A stretch of 32,000 nucleotides of DNA from Candidatus Nanosynbacter lyticus (GTDB lineage: Bacteria; Patescibacteriota; Saccharimonadia; Saccharimonadales; Saccharimonadaceae), in contig NZ_CP007496.1 of assembly GCF_000803625.1 (NCBI RefSeq), forward strand, positions 330,001 through 362,000, given 5' to 3'. A program made the position numbers and the translations under genes. Position 1 is the first letter of the stretch. Each line of letters opens with the position of its first letter. The notes beneath the pieces are model-generated. The model searched no databases and was not told the origin of the DNA. It saw only the letters and a program-made list of their open reading frames with translations. This document shows positions 1 to 8,557 of this stretch, in pieces.

Positions 1-966
1 TGAAATGAATTTCTGCGTCCCACCTTTTGTTTTACTGAGTACGGCCCTGCCAAAATAATCTGACTCAAGCAATGTTTTTATGAACGTATTAAGAATTACG
101 GAATCGTCTTTAAATTTAATTAGTGCTACATTTTTGATGGCGAATTCCTTGTCGGTATTTACAATAATAGGATTGCCAACAGTGCCAATCATAGGCATTA
201 AAACATCACCGACATCGACCTTGGATCTTTTATTAATCTTGACATAATCTTCTTTCTGGATTAAATTACAGGTCGAAAAATCTATTTTCCCATCGCATAT
301 ATTTTTTGATGTTACGAGCGGATAGCCTGCATTGTGATACTTTGGTGAATCATGAGTACCGTCGCGTACATCACAGACATTTCCGAGTTCAACGATTTCG
401 CCAAAGTTATCATCAAACATCTCGACAAATCGGGCTTTGATGAGCTCATCTAATGCTTCGATCTTTTTCTTGTCGTGTGTAATTATCTCGGAGATAACAT
501 CAAGTGTTCTAACGATTTTGTTTTGCTTTTCTACGGATTCGCATATGCTAATTTTGAAGTCGCTAAATTGCGTTTTATTAATAATCGGAACGACCGGCGC
601 GTTCGCTATAGCCTTCAGTTGTTTTCGATTGGCATAGATGGCATATGCCAAGTATTTTGGAATAATTGCTTCATTCGGAACGATAGCATTTATCTGTTGA
701 TTAAACGAGACTTCTTCTTCCGTTATGCCGACTCGTCCTATTTTCCCAATACACGTGACAAGTATACTATTTGCTGGTACTATTCTAGAAACGTTTTTGG
801 CGCTGGCGGAGATATACTCATTTGCACTAGATATGACACATAATTCGTCTTTTATCACATCCGGTTTAATAAACTTGATGTTTCTATTACTCCAATATTC
901 GTCGACCTTTTTGCTCGGAGTATTTCCCGTAAATATCGTACCCAATTCTTTCAGTCTTACCTTCAT
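1..966 (-). CDS. hsdS: Type I restriction-modification specificity subunit (HsdS), 3' end beyond window
   Basis: Hand translation from ATG at 966: MKVRLKELGTIFTGNTPSKKVDEYWSNRNIKFIKPDVI... central KQNKIVRTLDVISEIITHDKKKIEALDELIKARFVEMFDD, then a second TRD-like block (VELGNVCDVRDGTHDSPKYHNAGYPLVTSKNI). Open to the left edge; not in supplied ORF track because no stop is reached. Confidence 0.88.
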   Translation of the reverse strand, partial: MKVRLKELGTIFTGNTPSKKVDEYWSNRNIKFIKPDVIKDELCVISSANEYISASAKNVSRIVPANSILVTCIGKIGRVGITEEEVSFNQQINAIVPNEAIIPKYLAYAIYANRKQLKAIANAPVVPIINKTQFSDFKISICESVEKQNKIVRTLDVISEIITHDKKKIEALDELIKARFVEMFDDNFGEIVELGNVCDVRDGTHDSPKYHNAGYPLVTSKNICDGKIDFSTCNLIQKEDYVKINKRSKVDVGDVLMPMIGTVGNPIIVNTDKEFAIKNVALIKFKDDSVILNTFIKTLLESDYFGRAVLSKTKGGTQKFIS

Positions 967-973
967 ATCGTAC

Positions 974-1141
974 CTACAAATCCGGATTTGTTTCGTTTAA
1001 TAATTTTTCAAGTTCGGTCAGACTTTCGGAAGCTTCACGATCTAATTTCTTAATCTCAGCTATAATTTCAGAAGTTGGTGGGTATTCAACTTTCTCGTAT
1101 TCGACTTCCTTATATTTGTTGATCGTTAGGTCATAGCCGTT
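974..1141 (-). pseudogene. C-terminal remnant of type I DNA methyltransferase HsdM
   Basis: In-frame NGYDLTINKYKEVEYEKVEYPPTSEIIAEIKKLDREASESLTELEKLLNETNPDL* immediately upstream of hsdS; resembles HsdM C-termini (N-x-YDLSINRYKE). Preceded in frame by TAA at 1142-1144 and no further hsdM-like sequence. Confidence 0.7.
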
Positions 1142-1388
1142 TTAAGGCAGTAGAATAGGCGCCAATCTCACCGAATAATTCTAAAAACTTTCGTACATTC
1201 CCCTAAAAGAGGTACTCGGCAGTATAAGCCGGAGTAGATATAGTAAAAAGTTATTTTCAAGTCTTCGTAAGAATCCTTTCGGTTAAAATTATTATTCTTT
1301 GTACTGGTGGGCCACCACTCTGAATTTAATGCACTAAGAAAAGACTTGTATATCGGGTTTCCTAGGACGATTCTCGTATGAGCAAAAG

Positions 1389-1418
1389 AAGGCTCGCAAT
1401 CTTTCGATCACGAGCCTT
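1389..1418 (-). terminator. Putative intrinsic terminator downstream of tRNA-Thr(GGT)
   Basis: Inverted repeat AAGGCTCG...CGAGCCTT; on the minus strand followed by CTTTTGC. Confidence 0.45.
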
Positions 1419-1431
1419 AAATATCTTATTG

Positions 1432-1507
1432 TGGAGCCACGATCGGGGCTTGAACCCGAGACCTCATCCTTACCATGGATGCGCTCTACCAACTGAGCTA
1501 TCGCGGC
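1432..1507 (-). tRNA. tRNA-Thr (anticodon GGT), CCA encoded
   Basis: Reverse complement GCCGCGATAGCTCAGTTGGTAGAGCGCATCCATGGTAAGGATGAGGTCTCGGGTTCAAGCCCCGATCGTGGCTCCA folds as cloverleaf; anticodon loop ATGGTAA. Confidence 0.95.
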
Positions 1508-1554
1508 GTAACAGGCTTAATTTTAGCACATTAAGCCGTGTTTAATCAACTGAG

Positions 1555-1899
1555 TCATTTTTTACGAGTGGATTTCTTGGTTGGCGTACCGACTTCTTTT
1601 GGTAGTTTCGGCGTGACAAACGCTTCTATTATTCCCCACGCTATGCTATTGACCAAGAAAGTAACGAACAATATTCCTGAAGCTGATGCCGCCAAGTGCG
1701 CCGATGAGGCGTTAAATAATGTCAATAATCCCGCCGCAGTTAGCCCAATTATAGCCAGCATAATATAAGCGTATTGTAATTTCAATCGTTGGTTTTTTTC
1801 GCTATTCCATAATGTAAGAATAGATTTTGTAAATTCAAACATATCCATATAATAGCACATATGCTTATAAAAGTCAATATTACTACTTTGCGCTATCAA
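1555..1899 (-). CDS. Small hypothetical membrane protein (two predicted TM segments)
   Basis: 114-aa ORF with hydrophobic stretches YAYIMLAIIGLTAAGLLTLF and GILFVTFLVNSIAWGII and a basic tail. Confidence 0.55.
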   Translation of the reverse strand: MIAQSSNIDFYKHMCYYMDMFEFTKSILTLWNSEKNQRLKLQYAYIMLAIIGLTAAGLLTLFNASSAHLAASASGILFVTFLVNSIAWGIIEAFVTPKLPKEVGTPTKKSTRKK

Positions 1900-1934
1900 A
1901 AAGTCGCCCCAAAAAGGCGACGATGATTCAAATT

Positions 1935-2019
1935 TGGTGCTGGAAGTAGGACTCGAACCTACGAAGCCTTACGGCGGGAGATTTACAGTCTCCTGTGATT
2001 GCCACTACACGATTCCAGC
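1935..2019 (-). tRNA. tRNA-Tyr (anticodon GTA), long variable arm, CCA encoded
   Basis: Reverse complement GCTGGAATCGTGTAGTGGCAATCACAGGAGACTGTAAATCTCC...GGTTCGAGTCCTACTTCCAGCACCA. Confidence 0.93.
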
Positions 2020-2025
2020 GTAATT

Positions 2026-2102
2026 TGGAGCCGCTTCTCGGACTCGAACCGAGGACCTACGGTTTACAAAACCGTTGCTCTAGCCAGCTGAGCTAAAGCG
2101 GC
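2026..2102 (-). tRNA. tRNA-Thr (anticodon TGT), CCA encoded
   Basis: Reverse complement GCCGCTTTAGCTCAGCTGGCTAGAGCAACGGTTTTGTAAACCGTAGGTCCTCGGTTCGAGTCCGAGAAGCGGCTCCA; anticodon loop TTTGTAA. Confidence 0.95.
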
Positions 2103-2144
2103 ACTGGATTTATTTTAGCAATTTTTTAACATCGTGACAATAGC

Positions 2145-2852
2145 CTACATGACAATTTTTCGTGGCTGATGGATTTTGCGCTGTTGGCGCGGCCGTGGAG
2201 TGCCGACAGTTTTTTGAGCCGGCGCAGATGGCGTTAACATCTTAGTGGCCTTTTTACGTAGACCTTCAGCAAGGTCTGCTTGACCAGAGTTTTCATAAGC
2301 TTCCGCCAATATCTTAAGAGTTTGTGGAATTGGCTCTAGCTCAACGGCCTTTTCTAGTGCGTTTATCACCTTTTTCGTATTTCCAATTTTTTCTTGGACT
2401 TTAGCGTAGGCGATGTAGCGAGCCGCCAAGTCATCTTCCATCTCCAGGGCTTGCTCAAAGGCTAATGAAGCCTTTTCATAATTTTCGGTTTCATAGTAAA
2501 TCAGACCAACGTTATGAAGGCTTGAGGCGCTTGGCTCTAAGCTTTGGGCAATCTCAAAACACTCGATGGCGTCTTTATAGGCGCGTTGTTTGGCGTATAA
2601 AATGCCTAAGCGATTATAGGCGGTGGCGTTCTTTTCGTCGACGCGCAAGATGGTTAGCAAAGCCTTTTCTGCTCGTAGATATTTATTTTCGCGAATTGAA
2701 TCTTGGGCAATTACCCACAACTGATCAAGCTTTTCGGTAATTTTAGTTGGCAAATCGCCAGCATCTTTGATTGATGGATGATAAAAAATCGCCCAAATCA
2801 TTAGGATTAGAATGAGGAATAGTCCAAACATATCTATATCATTATAGCACAA
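2145..2852 (-). CDS. Membrane-anchored TPR-repeat protein
   Basis: 235 aa; N-terminal hydrophobic segment, then repeats AEKALLTILRVDEKNATAYNRLGILYAKQRAYKDAIECFEIAQSLEP / HNVGLIYYETENYEKASLAFEQALEME. Confidence 0.8.
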   Translation of the reverse strand: MCYNDIDMFGLFLILILMIWAIFYHPSIKDAGDLPTKITEKLDQLWVIAQDSIRENKYLRAEKALLTILRVDEKNATAYNRLGILYAKQRAYKDAIECFEIAQSLEPSASSLHNVGLIYYETENYEKASLAFEQALEMEDDLAARYIAYAKVQEKIGNTKKVINALEKAVELEPIPQTLKILAEAYENSGQADLAEGLRKKATKMLTPSAPAQKTVGTPRPRQQRKIHQPRKIVM

Positions 2853-3651
2853 GTTGCATCAGCGCTAGTCTGACATTAGCGTTTGAGTTTAGTGCTTTAC
2901 TGACGATTGTAGCCTTATTGAGCTGTTTTTCTAATGTTGAATTCATGCCATGAGATAGGGATTGAAAGCGAATCATGTTGATAATGATATCTGTGAGGAT
3001 TAGCGCTTTCTGGCGGTCGGTAAAATATTTTGCGATATTTTTTAAAGTAGTATATTCCTGATTTGTGGCTAAAATTTGCTTTGCGTCAGTGGCTAGCTGT
3101 CTGTATTCGGCGAATTTGTCTGGGTTCTCTGCTAGCTGACGAATCAGTAGCGGCCGACCGGCAGCCAAAAAGAGGATTTGCTGGATGGTGGCGGAGTCCA
3201 AGTTGTAATTTTCAAGCAGTTTTTTGTCCTGGACTGATGATGTTTTATGAAGTGTAAGGGTTTGGCAGCGAGATTTTATTGTGTCTAGCATTAGTTTTGG
3301 ATTTTTTGCAATAAGGATAAAGATGGTGTTTTTATTTGGTTCTTCCAGAGCTTTTAACAGTGCGTTTTGGGATGATTCAGTCATCAAGTCCGCCTCGTCA
3401 ATAATAATAGTTCGGCGATTTATGGCGTAAGTTCGTAATTTAGCAATGAGATCACGAATTTGCTCAACGGATATGGATTGTTTATCTGGAAGCGGAGTTA
3501 AGCGGAAAATATCACTATTTTTAGCTATTTTTTGAGCCACGCTTTTACCGTCTAGCCCGTAGTCTGCCACAATTAAAAGTGCGTGTGGCGGCCTAGCGGT
3601 GATTTGGTCGATTTTCTGGACGTCTTGGGTTGAGACAATAATTTCAGACAC
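2842..3651 (-). CDS. holB: DNA polymerase III delta'-like AAA subunit
   Basis: 269 aa; RRTIIIDEADLMTESSQNALLKALEEPNKNTIFILIAKNPKLMLDTIKSRCQTL is the clamp-loader delta'/tau signature; degenerate Walker A (YGLDGKS). Confidence 0.75.
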   Translation of the reverse strand: MSEIIVSTQDVQKIDQITARPPHALLIVADYGLDGKSVAQKIAKNSDIFRLTPLPDKQSISVEQIRDLIAKLRTYAINRRTIIIDEADLMTESSQNALLKALEEPNKNTIFILIAKNPKLMLDTIKSRCQTLTLHKTSSVQDKKLLENYNLDSATIQQILFLAAGRPLLIRQLAENPDKFAEYRQLATDAKQILATNQEYTTLKNIAKYFTDRQKALILTDIIINMIRFQSLSHGMNSTLEKQLNKATIVSKALNSNANVRLALMQLVL

Positions 3652-4796
3652 TACAATTCCTCTGGAAATAGCTGCTTGAATTCTTCTGGAGTGGCCGCTT
3701 CAAATGTTTTCCTCTCGCCAGATGGCAATGTGATTTCTAACTTCTGGGCGTGAAGCATCAGGCGGCTGGCGTTCGGTTTGCCATAAACGCGGTCGCCGAG
3801 GATTGGTGTGTTCAGGTATGCCATATGGACGCGGAGTTGGTGGGTGCGGCCGGTGGTGGGTTTAAGTTCAATGAGCGCCCGAGTGTCAGTCGCCGCCAGT
3901 ACGCGGTAGGCGGTTTGGGCGGGCTTACCATTCGGGTCGACACGGAAGGTGCTGGGCGCGGACGGGTTGCGGCCAATCGGTAGGTCAATCTTTGCGGCGG
4001 CTAATTTCGGTACGCCGTCGGTCGCCGCGAGGTAGGTTTTTTTGGTGGTGCGCTGGGCGAATTGCCGCTGTAGATGGGCGGCAGCGTCAGGATTTTTAGC
4101 GATAATCAGCACACCCGAAGTGTCGCGGTCGAGCCGATGGACGATGCCCGGCCGATCGGTGTCTGAGGCAAACGAAGTCTTGGGGCGAATAATTTCCGCT
4201 ACTGTCGGCTCGGTCGATAGTCCACCTTTGGCGTGGGTTAGGAGTCCGCTCGGCTTATTTACTACCATCACGTCGTCGTCTTCGTATAATATCGGCAGTT
4301 CTGTACTCGCCTGCTCCTGTTCTGGCAGCTTGACGGCGATCTCGTCAGTCTCGTCGACCTCAAACTTTGGCGTCGTTACTACTCGCTGGTTGACTGACAC
4401 GTAGCCGGCTTTGATGTATTTTTGCCAGAGGCTGCGCGAAATTGACAGGTCAAATACCGTGGACAAGTGGACGTCCAGGCGCTGTTTGGTTGGTACGATG
4501 TGGAGCATGATGACGAACTTGCCTTGAAACGGCGTCTCGGTGCAGCTCGAATCAAGCGGATTTGGTAAAATTTCGGCGTTGGCGGGCCTGTCAGGCCACA
4601 GCTCGTCAATTGATTCTTCGTCGACAATTGAGCCGTATAGTACGGCGAAATGTTGCTTGTTCAAAATAAATTCCGCCACGATGTGCGATTCGTCCGTCTG
4701 AACCTTCAAGCGGCACAAGGCCTTGACGGGCGTATTGTCATCTGCCAGTTGGTATAGCCTGGCGATCTTGAGGACGGTGCGCGGCGAAATTTTCAC
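3651..4796 (-). CDS. RluD-family 23S rRNA pseudouridine synthase with S4-like domain
   Basis: PGIVHRLDRDTSGVLIIAKN and GRTHQLRVHMAYLNTPILGDRVYG motifs. The track start at 4838 overlaps trpS; GTG at 4796 (VKISPRTVLK) is a more likely start. Confidence 0.88.
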   Translation of the reverse strand: MKISPRTVLKIARLYQLADDNTPVKALCRLKVQTDESHIVAEFILNKQHFAVLYGSIVDEESIDELWPDRPANAEILPNPLDSSCTETPFQGKFVIMLHIVPTKQRLDVHLSTVFDLSISRSLWQKYIKAGYVSVNQRVVTTPKFEVDETDEIAVKLPEQEQASTELPILYEDDDVMVVNKPSGLLTHAKGGLSTEPTVAEIIRPKTSFASDTDRPGIVHRLDRDTSGVLIIAKNPDAAAHLQRQFAQRTTKKTYLAATDGVPKLAAAKIDLPIGRNPSAPSTFRVDPNGKPAQTAYRVLAATDTRALIELKPTTGRTHQLRVHMAYLNTPILGDRVYGKPNASRLMLHAQKLEITLPSGERKTFEAATPEEFKQLFPEEL

Positions 4797-4806
4797 GCGG
4801 GCGTTC

Positions 4807-5919
4807 CTATCTCCGCAGCCCCACGGCCGTTTGGACACGGTGCAAGGTTTCGTTGGCGACGATGTTCATATCGTGTTCGCTGGACTCTAGCTTACTCTCA
4901 ATTGCCTGATCATCAACTGCCGCCAAGCGCGCTTGGAAATTCGCTAAGAATTCCGCTACTTCATCAGCTACGATTCGCTTAAAATCGCCGTAGCGCTCCA
5001 TGCCGGCATACTCGCTGATGGTCTGTTCCAAGCTGACGTCTTTTCCAGCATCCTGGCGTACCAGTGTTAAAACCTCTAGCAGATTGGAAATGCCCGGCTG
5101 GTTGTCGCGGTCGTATTGTACCTTACCCAATGAGTCGGTGGTGGCGCTCATGATTTTTTTGTGGGCTGCCTCTGGCTCGTCGCCAAGGAAAATGACGCCC
5201 TTGCCGCTGTCGTCGGATTTGCTCATCTTTTTGGCCGGGTTCATCAGATCTTTGATCCTGAGGCCTTGGTCGTTGCCGAAGAATTGGTGCTGCTGGGCGA
5301 CCGGTTTTGGTACGATGAATAAGTCGCCAAATTTGCGGTTCATCCGCTCGGAGATGTCGCGGGTAAATTCCAGGTGCTGCGTTTGGTCGTCGCCGACTGG
5401 CACGTAGGTGGCGCCGTAGAGCAAGATGTCGGCGGCCATCAGGACTGGGTAGTTGAAGAGACCGACGGAAATACCTGTATGAACTATATCCTGCGCTTTC
5501 TGTCTACTAGTTGGTAGGTGAATTTTACTGTCAATCTCATCAAGAAATTTGTGTGATTTATCTTTAAACTGCGTCATTCGACCCATCTCTCCAAATCCAG
5601 TGAAACAGTCCAAAATCCACGCTAGTTCGCTGTGTGCCGGGACGCGGCTTTGGCGGTACAAGTGAATCGCCTCATTATCTAGCGGCAGTCCCGCGGCGGT
5701 ATAAATTCGTGCGTTATTTAAAATGCTATCGTACAACTTGCTGTGGTCAATCGGCGTGGTGAAGCTGTGTAGATCGGGGATGAACAGATTGATATCAAAA
5801 TCGGACGAGCGGCGCTTCGCCATATCGACAATCGGCAAAATGGCACCAAAATAATTGCCAATGTGAATATCGTTGTTGGCGCGCACGCCAGTGAGGATGA
5901 CGGGTTTGGATGGTTTCAT
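4807..5919 (-). CDS. trpS: Tryptophanyl-tRNA synthetase
   Basis: 370 aa; ILTGVRANNDIHIGNYFGA (HIGH-type) and KKMSKSDDSGKG (KMSKS) motifs. Confidence 0.95.
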   Translation of the reverse strand: MKPSKPVILTGVRANNDIHIGNYFGAILPIVDMAKRRSSDFDINLFIPDLHSFTTPIDHSKLYDSILNNARIYTAAGLPLDNEAIHLYRQSRVPAHSELAWILDCFTGFGEMGRMTQFKDKSHKFLDEIDSKIHLPTSRQKAQDIVHTGISVGLFNYPVLMAADILLYGATYVPVGDDQTQHLEFTRDISERMNRKFGDLFIVPKPVAQQHQFFGNDQGLRIKDLMNPAKKMSKSDDSGKGVIFLGDEPEAAHKKIMSATTDSLGKVQYDRDNQPGISNLLEVLTLVRQDAGKDVSLEQTISEYAGMERYGDFKRIVADEVAEFLANFQARLAAVDDQAIESKLESSEHDMNIVANETLHRVQTAVGLRR

Positions 5920-5946
5920 TAGATATATTATAACACCCTTTGGCTA

Positions 5947-6441
5947 TTAGTAGGCGTGAAATGGTGGAGTATAATTCTGTAAAATTGTCCTCAAGCTCAC
6001 ACTATGCCGAAAGTTTATGTCGTCAATCTTATCCAGATCAACCCACTCCGGCATGCCGTTGGTGTAGGTTTTTTCGCTGTCGGTTATGTTGTCGTTATTG
6101 ATTTGCCCGTGCAGCTGGCTATAGGTAAAGTACAGCTAGATTGACTGGTTGGCTTGCGCCTCAGCGTTGCGTTTGAAGAAAGTAGTTGCTTGGTGAATGA
6201 TTTTATCCGGCATGATGGTTAGTCCAGTTTCTTTCTTAATTTCGCGGATAATTGATTCCTCAACCGTTTCGCCCTTCTCGACACCGCCGCCAATCAAGCT
6301 ATAACCGTCCCATTGCCGAGTTAAAAGAATCTTATTATCCTCAATAATAACTGCGTACACGCCGACGCGAATGTTTAGTTCGTCAACGGGAACGGTGTAT
6401 TGATTGCCGAAGACGTCTTTGCAGATGATGGTTTTAGTCAT
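5947..6441 (-). pseudogene. NUDIX hydrolase interrupted by an in-frame TAG (6136-6138)
   Basis: Nudix box GGGVEKGETVEESIIREIKKETGL. Same frame continues past TAG: NQSI*LYFTYSQLHGQINNDNITDSEKTYTNGMPEWVDLDKIDDINFRHSVSLRTILQNYTPPFHAY*, matching a normal Nudix C-terminal half. Confidence 0.8.
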
Positions 6442-7034
6442 GAGGTTATTCCCTTCAGATAATCCCTCAGCATCGCAAACCCATCAACCGTTTCAATTGC
6501 CGCCAAATATTCTTGCCACTCTTCATCATTCAATTCTGCCAAACTGCGGCCGGGAAATCTCGGATGCCCATAAATATATAGCAATTCCGTCCAGCCGTGC
6601 AGATTGTCGCCGCGCGGTTCATCGATAATAAAGCCCTCTTCGTCCACCACGAATATATGATCTTCCGCGCCGTCAAAATAGCCAACCGCAAAAGAAAATA
6701 TAGCCCTACGATCAGTTTCGCCTTGCATTAACTTGATTATGCCGGGATAGCTAAAACTATCCAGTAGCAATTTAACAAACGGCCCCGGAAAACCTTTCAG
6801 GGCCAGAATGAAAAAGCCACGATCATCAACGATTAGTCGCTTGTTTGGAAAAGCTTTCTTGGCTTGAGATAGTTTACTTTTGGCAATTGTTTGAATATCC
6901 AGCCCTCGCCCCTCGTCAAAATCATAGTCGAGCTGCCGTAAATCAACACCGAGTGGCTGGAGGAGCTTCTGGAGGCTGGCGAACTTTTTGTGATTGGAAG
7001 TTACAAAATAAATTAGACTATTCCTGTGCTTCAT
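6438..7034 (-). CDS. HAM1/RdgB-like non-canonical NTP pyrophosphatase (divergent)
   Basis: FVTSNHKKF (T-x-N-x-x-K motif), IVDDRGFFILALKGFPGPFVK, FSFAVGYFDG; 198 aa. Confidence 0.8.
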   Translation of the reverse strand: MKHRNSLIYFVTSNHKKFASLQKLLQPLGVDLRQLDYDFDEGRGLDIQTIAKSKLSQAKKAFPNKRLIVDDRGFFILALKGFPGPFVKLLLDSFSYPGIIKLMQGETDRRAIFSFAVGYFDGAEDHIFVVDEEGFIIDEPRGDNLHGWTELLYIYGHPRFPGRSLAELNDEEWQEYLAAIETVDGFAMLRDYLKGITS

Positions 7035-7049
7035 ATTGATAAGTATACG

Positions 7050-7625
7050 TTAACTAACGCCCTTTCGCAGATTTCTAATGCTCGTATCATAAGGGGTCTT
7101 CCATAATTCACCATCAATGTTCAGATTTTTCAGGAAACTATACATTTGTTGTTGAATATTGTCGGCATTTGCGTCGTCCTCAGCCAAAACCTCCAGCTCG
7201 ATAAACAACCCCAGCCCAGCAACTTCATCGACACAAATCGTATAGTCCTCAGTTTTCGATTCAAGGCGGACTTTATCAACCGTGACAACCTCTTGCCAAC
7301 CCAGCACTGTAAGCATTTGGCGTGCCATGTCGCCACTATCAACTGCAAACTCATATTCATCAGATACTAATTTCGCCTGCCTTTCGATTTTTAGCGTCAT
7401 AAAGCTCCGCTGCAACTCACCGGTTTTTGGGTCGAGGACGTCGCGTATTCGCATAATCTTTGAGCCAGGAATAATTGGAGCGTCAACCTGTTCGGGTAAT
7501 AGAAAAACCGTATCGATTTGGTGTTTGATTGAGATGGGCACGACAAACTGATTTTCTAGGACCGCAATGAGCTTGTCGCGAGTCATGTTGGCTGATAGCT
7601 TGAATTTGGATTCGATTTCAATCAT
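7050..7625 (-). CDS. CYTH-domain protein (class IV adenylate cyclase / triphosphatase-like)
   Basis: N-terminal MIEIESKFKL (E-x-E-x-K signature), VRLESKTEDYTICVDEVAGLGLFIELE. Confidence 0.82.
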   Translation of the reverse strand: MIEIESKFKLSANMTRDKLIAVLENQFVVPISIKHQIDTVFLLPEQVDAPIIPGSKIMRIRDVLDPKTGELQRSFMTLKIERQAKLVSDEYEFAVDSGDMARQMLTVLGWQEVVTVDKVRLESKTEDYTICVDEVAGLGLFIELEVLAEDDANADNIQQQMYSFLKNLNIDGELWKTPYDTSIRNLRKGVS

Positions 7626-7628
7626 GGG

Positions 7629-8483
7629 CTATTTTCTTAATCTATTTATGCGACGTACGGATTTTAATGGAAGTTCTCCCGTCAGGTGCTGTTTTATAAT
7701 CCCAGACAAACACTTGGCGTATTTATCGGTAATTTCGTGGCTCTGCATAGTCATTGAGCGGTGGGCTATATTCTTATGCTCTTTGGCTAATTGCTTCAAA
7801 TTCCGTTCTACAATTAGCGGATCAAGTTTGCCAGATAGAATAGTGATCGGTAGTTTCAATTGTGATATATCAGTCATCGTGGTTTGATTAATAATCGCGG
7901 CGTTTAGTGCGGTCAGGAAAGATTTGGCGGTGACTTTGTCAGCCTTAAACCCAGCGTCGGGCCATATATTATGTCGGTCGGCAAATTGCAGTAGGCGCTT
8001 TGAACTCCTTGGGTGCTTGTTGATAAGGCTGTATAGGGCGCGTAATATTTTTTCTGGATGATGGATTTTCTCGTCAGTTTTAGGTTGGTATATCGGCGGG
8101 CTGCATAGGATTAGCGACTGAGCTAATTTTGGATATTTTTTAGCGAGTTCTACGGCTGCCAACGAACCCATAGAATGGCCAATGATTACGTCAAGATGAT
8201 TGATTGATTCTTTTCTTAAAGTGGCGGCGATGCTGGTGGCTTGATCTTGGACATTGTAAGATTTCCAGTCGGGCTTTGGTGAGTTGCCAAATCCCAGCAT
8301 GTCAATAGCAATAACCCGCGCGTCCTTGGGCAGATATTGTGTCAATGGCTTCCAGGTGCGCCATGAGGTGCCTAATCCATGGACAAGTAGAATCGTAGAC
8401 TTTGGATTGTCTGGGCGGCAAAAATAATGCACATTTAAGGTGTAAGGAATACGTAGCCAGCGATGGATTATTCTATCAAACAT
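7629..8483 (-). CDS. Alpha/beta-fold hydrolase
   Basis: LLVHGLGTSWRTWKPL, nucleophile elbow VIIGHSMGSLAAVEL, ILSGKLDPLI. Confidence 0.88.
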   Translation of the reverse strand: MFDRIIHRWLRIPYTLNVHYFCRPDNPKSTILLVHGLGTSWRTWKPLTQYLPKDARVIAIDMLGFGNSPKPDWKSYNVQDQATSIAATLRKESINHLDVIIGHSMGSLAAVELAKKYPKLAQSLILCSPPIYQPKTDEKIHHPEKILRALYSLINKHPRSSKRLLQFADRHNIWPDAGFKADKVTAKSFLTALNAAIINQTTMTDISQLKLPITILSGKLDPLIVERNLKQLAKEHKNIAHRSMTMQSHEITDKYAKCLSGIIKQHLTGELPLKSVRRINRLRK

Positions 8484-8499
8484 AGTCTTAGTATACTAT

Positions 8500-8536
8500 G
8501 AAAATACCCCGCCTGCATATGAGACGGAGTATTTTC
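8500..8536 (-). terminator. Hairpin downstream of rpsI
   Basis: GAAAATACCCCGCC...GACGGAGTATTTTC inverted repeat (with G-T pairs) between rpsI and the hydrolase gene. Confidence 0.5.
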
Positions 8537-8557
8537 GAGAATTGGTTTCTCCTCTGT

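Noticed and set aside
437-1000. Plus-strand ORFs at 437-637, 475-843 and 725-1000
   Set aside because: Antisense to the HsdS reading frame, with no family resemblance; the minus-strand frame is clearly the coding one.
1303-1315. TGGTGGGCCACCA palindrome as a terminator or recombination core
   Set aside because: Too short, with no T-tract or repeated partner; kept only as a detail of the gap region.
4042-5407. Overlapping plus-strand and alternate-frame ORFs within rluD-like and trpS genes
   Set aside because: Shadow ORFs of GC-richer conserved genes; the opposite-strand proteins carry diagnostic motifs.
5947-6441. Stop-codon recoding (TAG as sense) to explain the interrupted NUDIX
   Set aside because: Other genes here read cleanly with the standard code (the hsdM remnant and the 15647 gene end in TAG) and no suppressor tRNA was seen; a nonsense mutation or sequence error is simpler.
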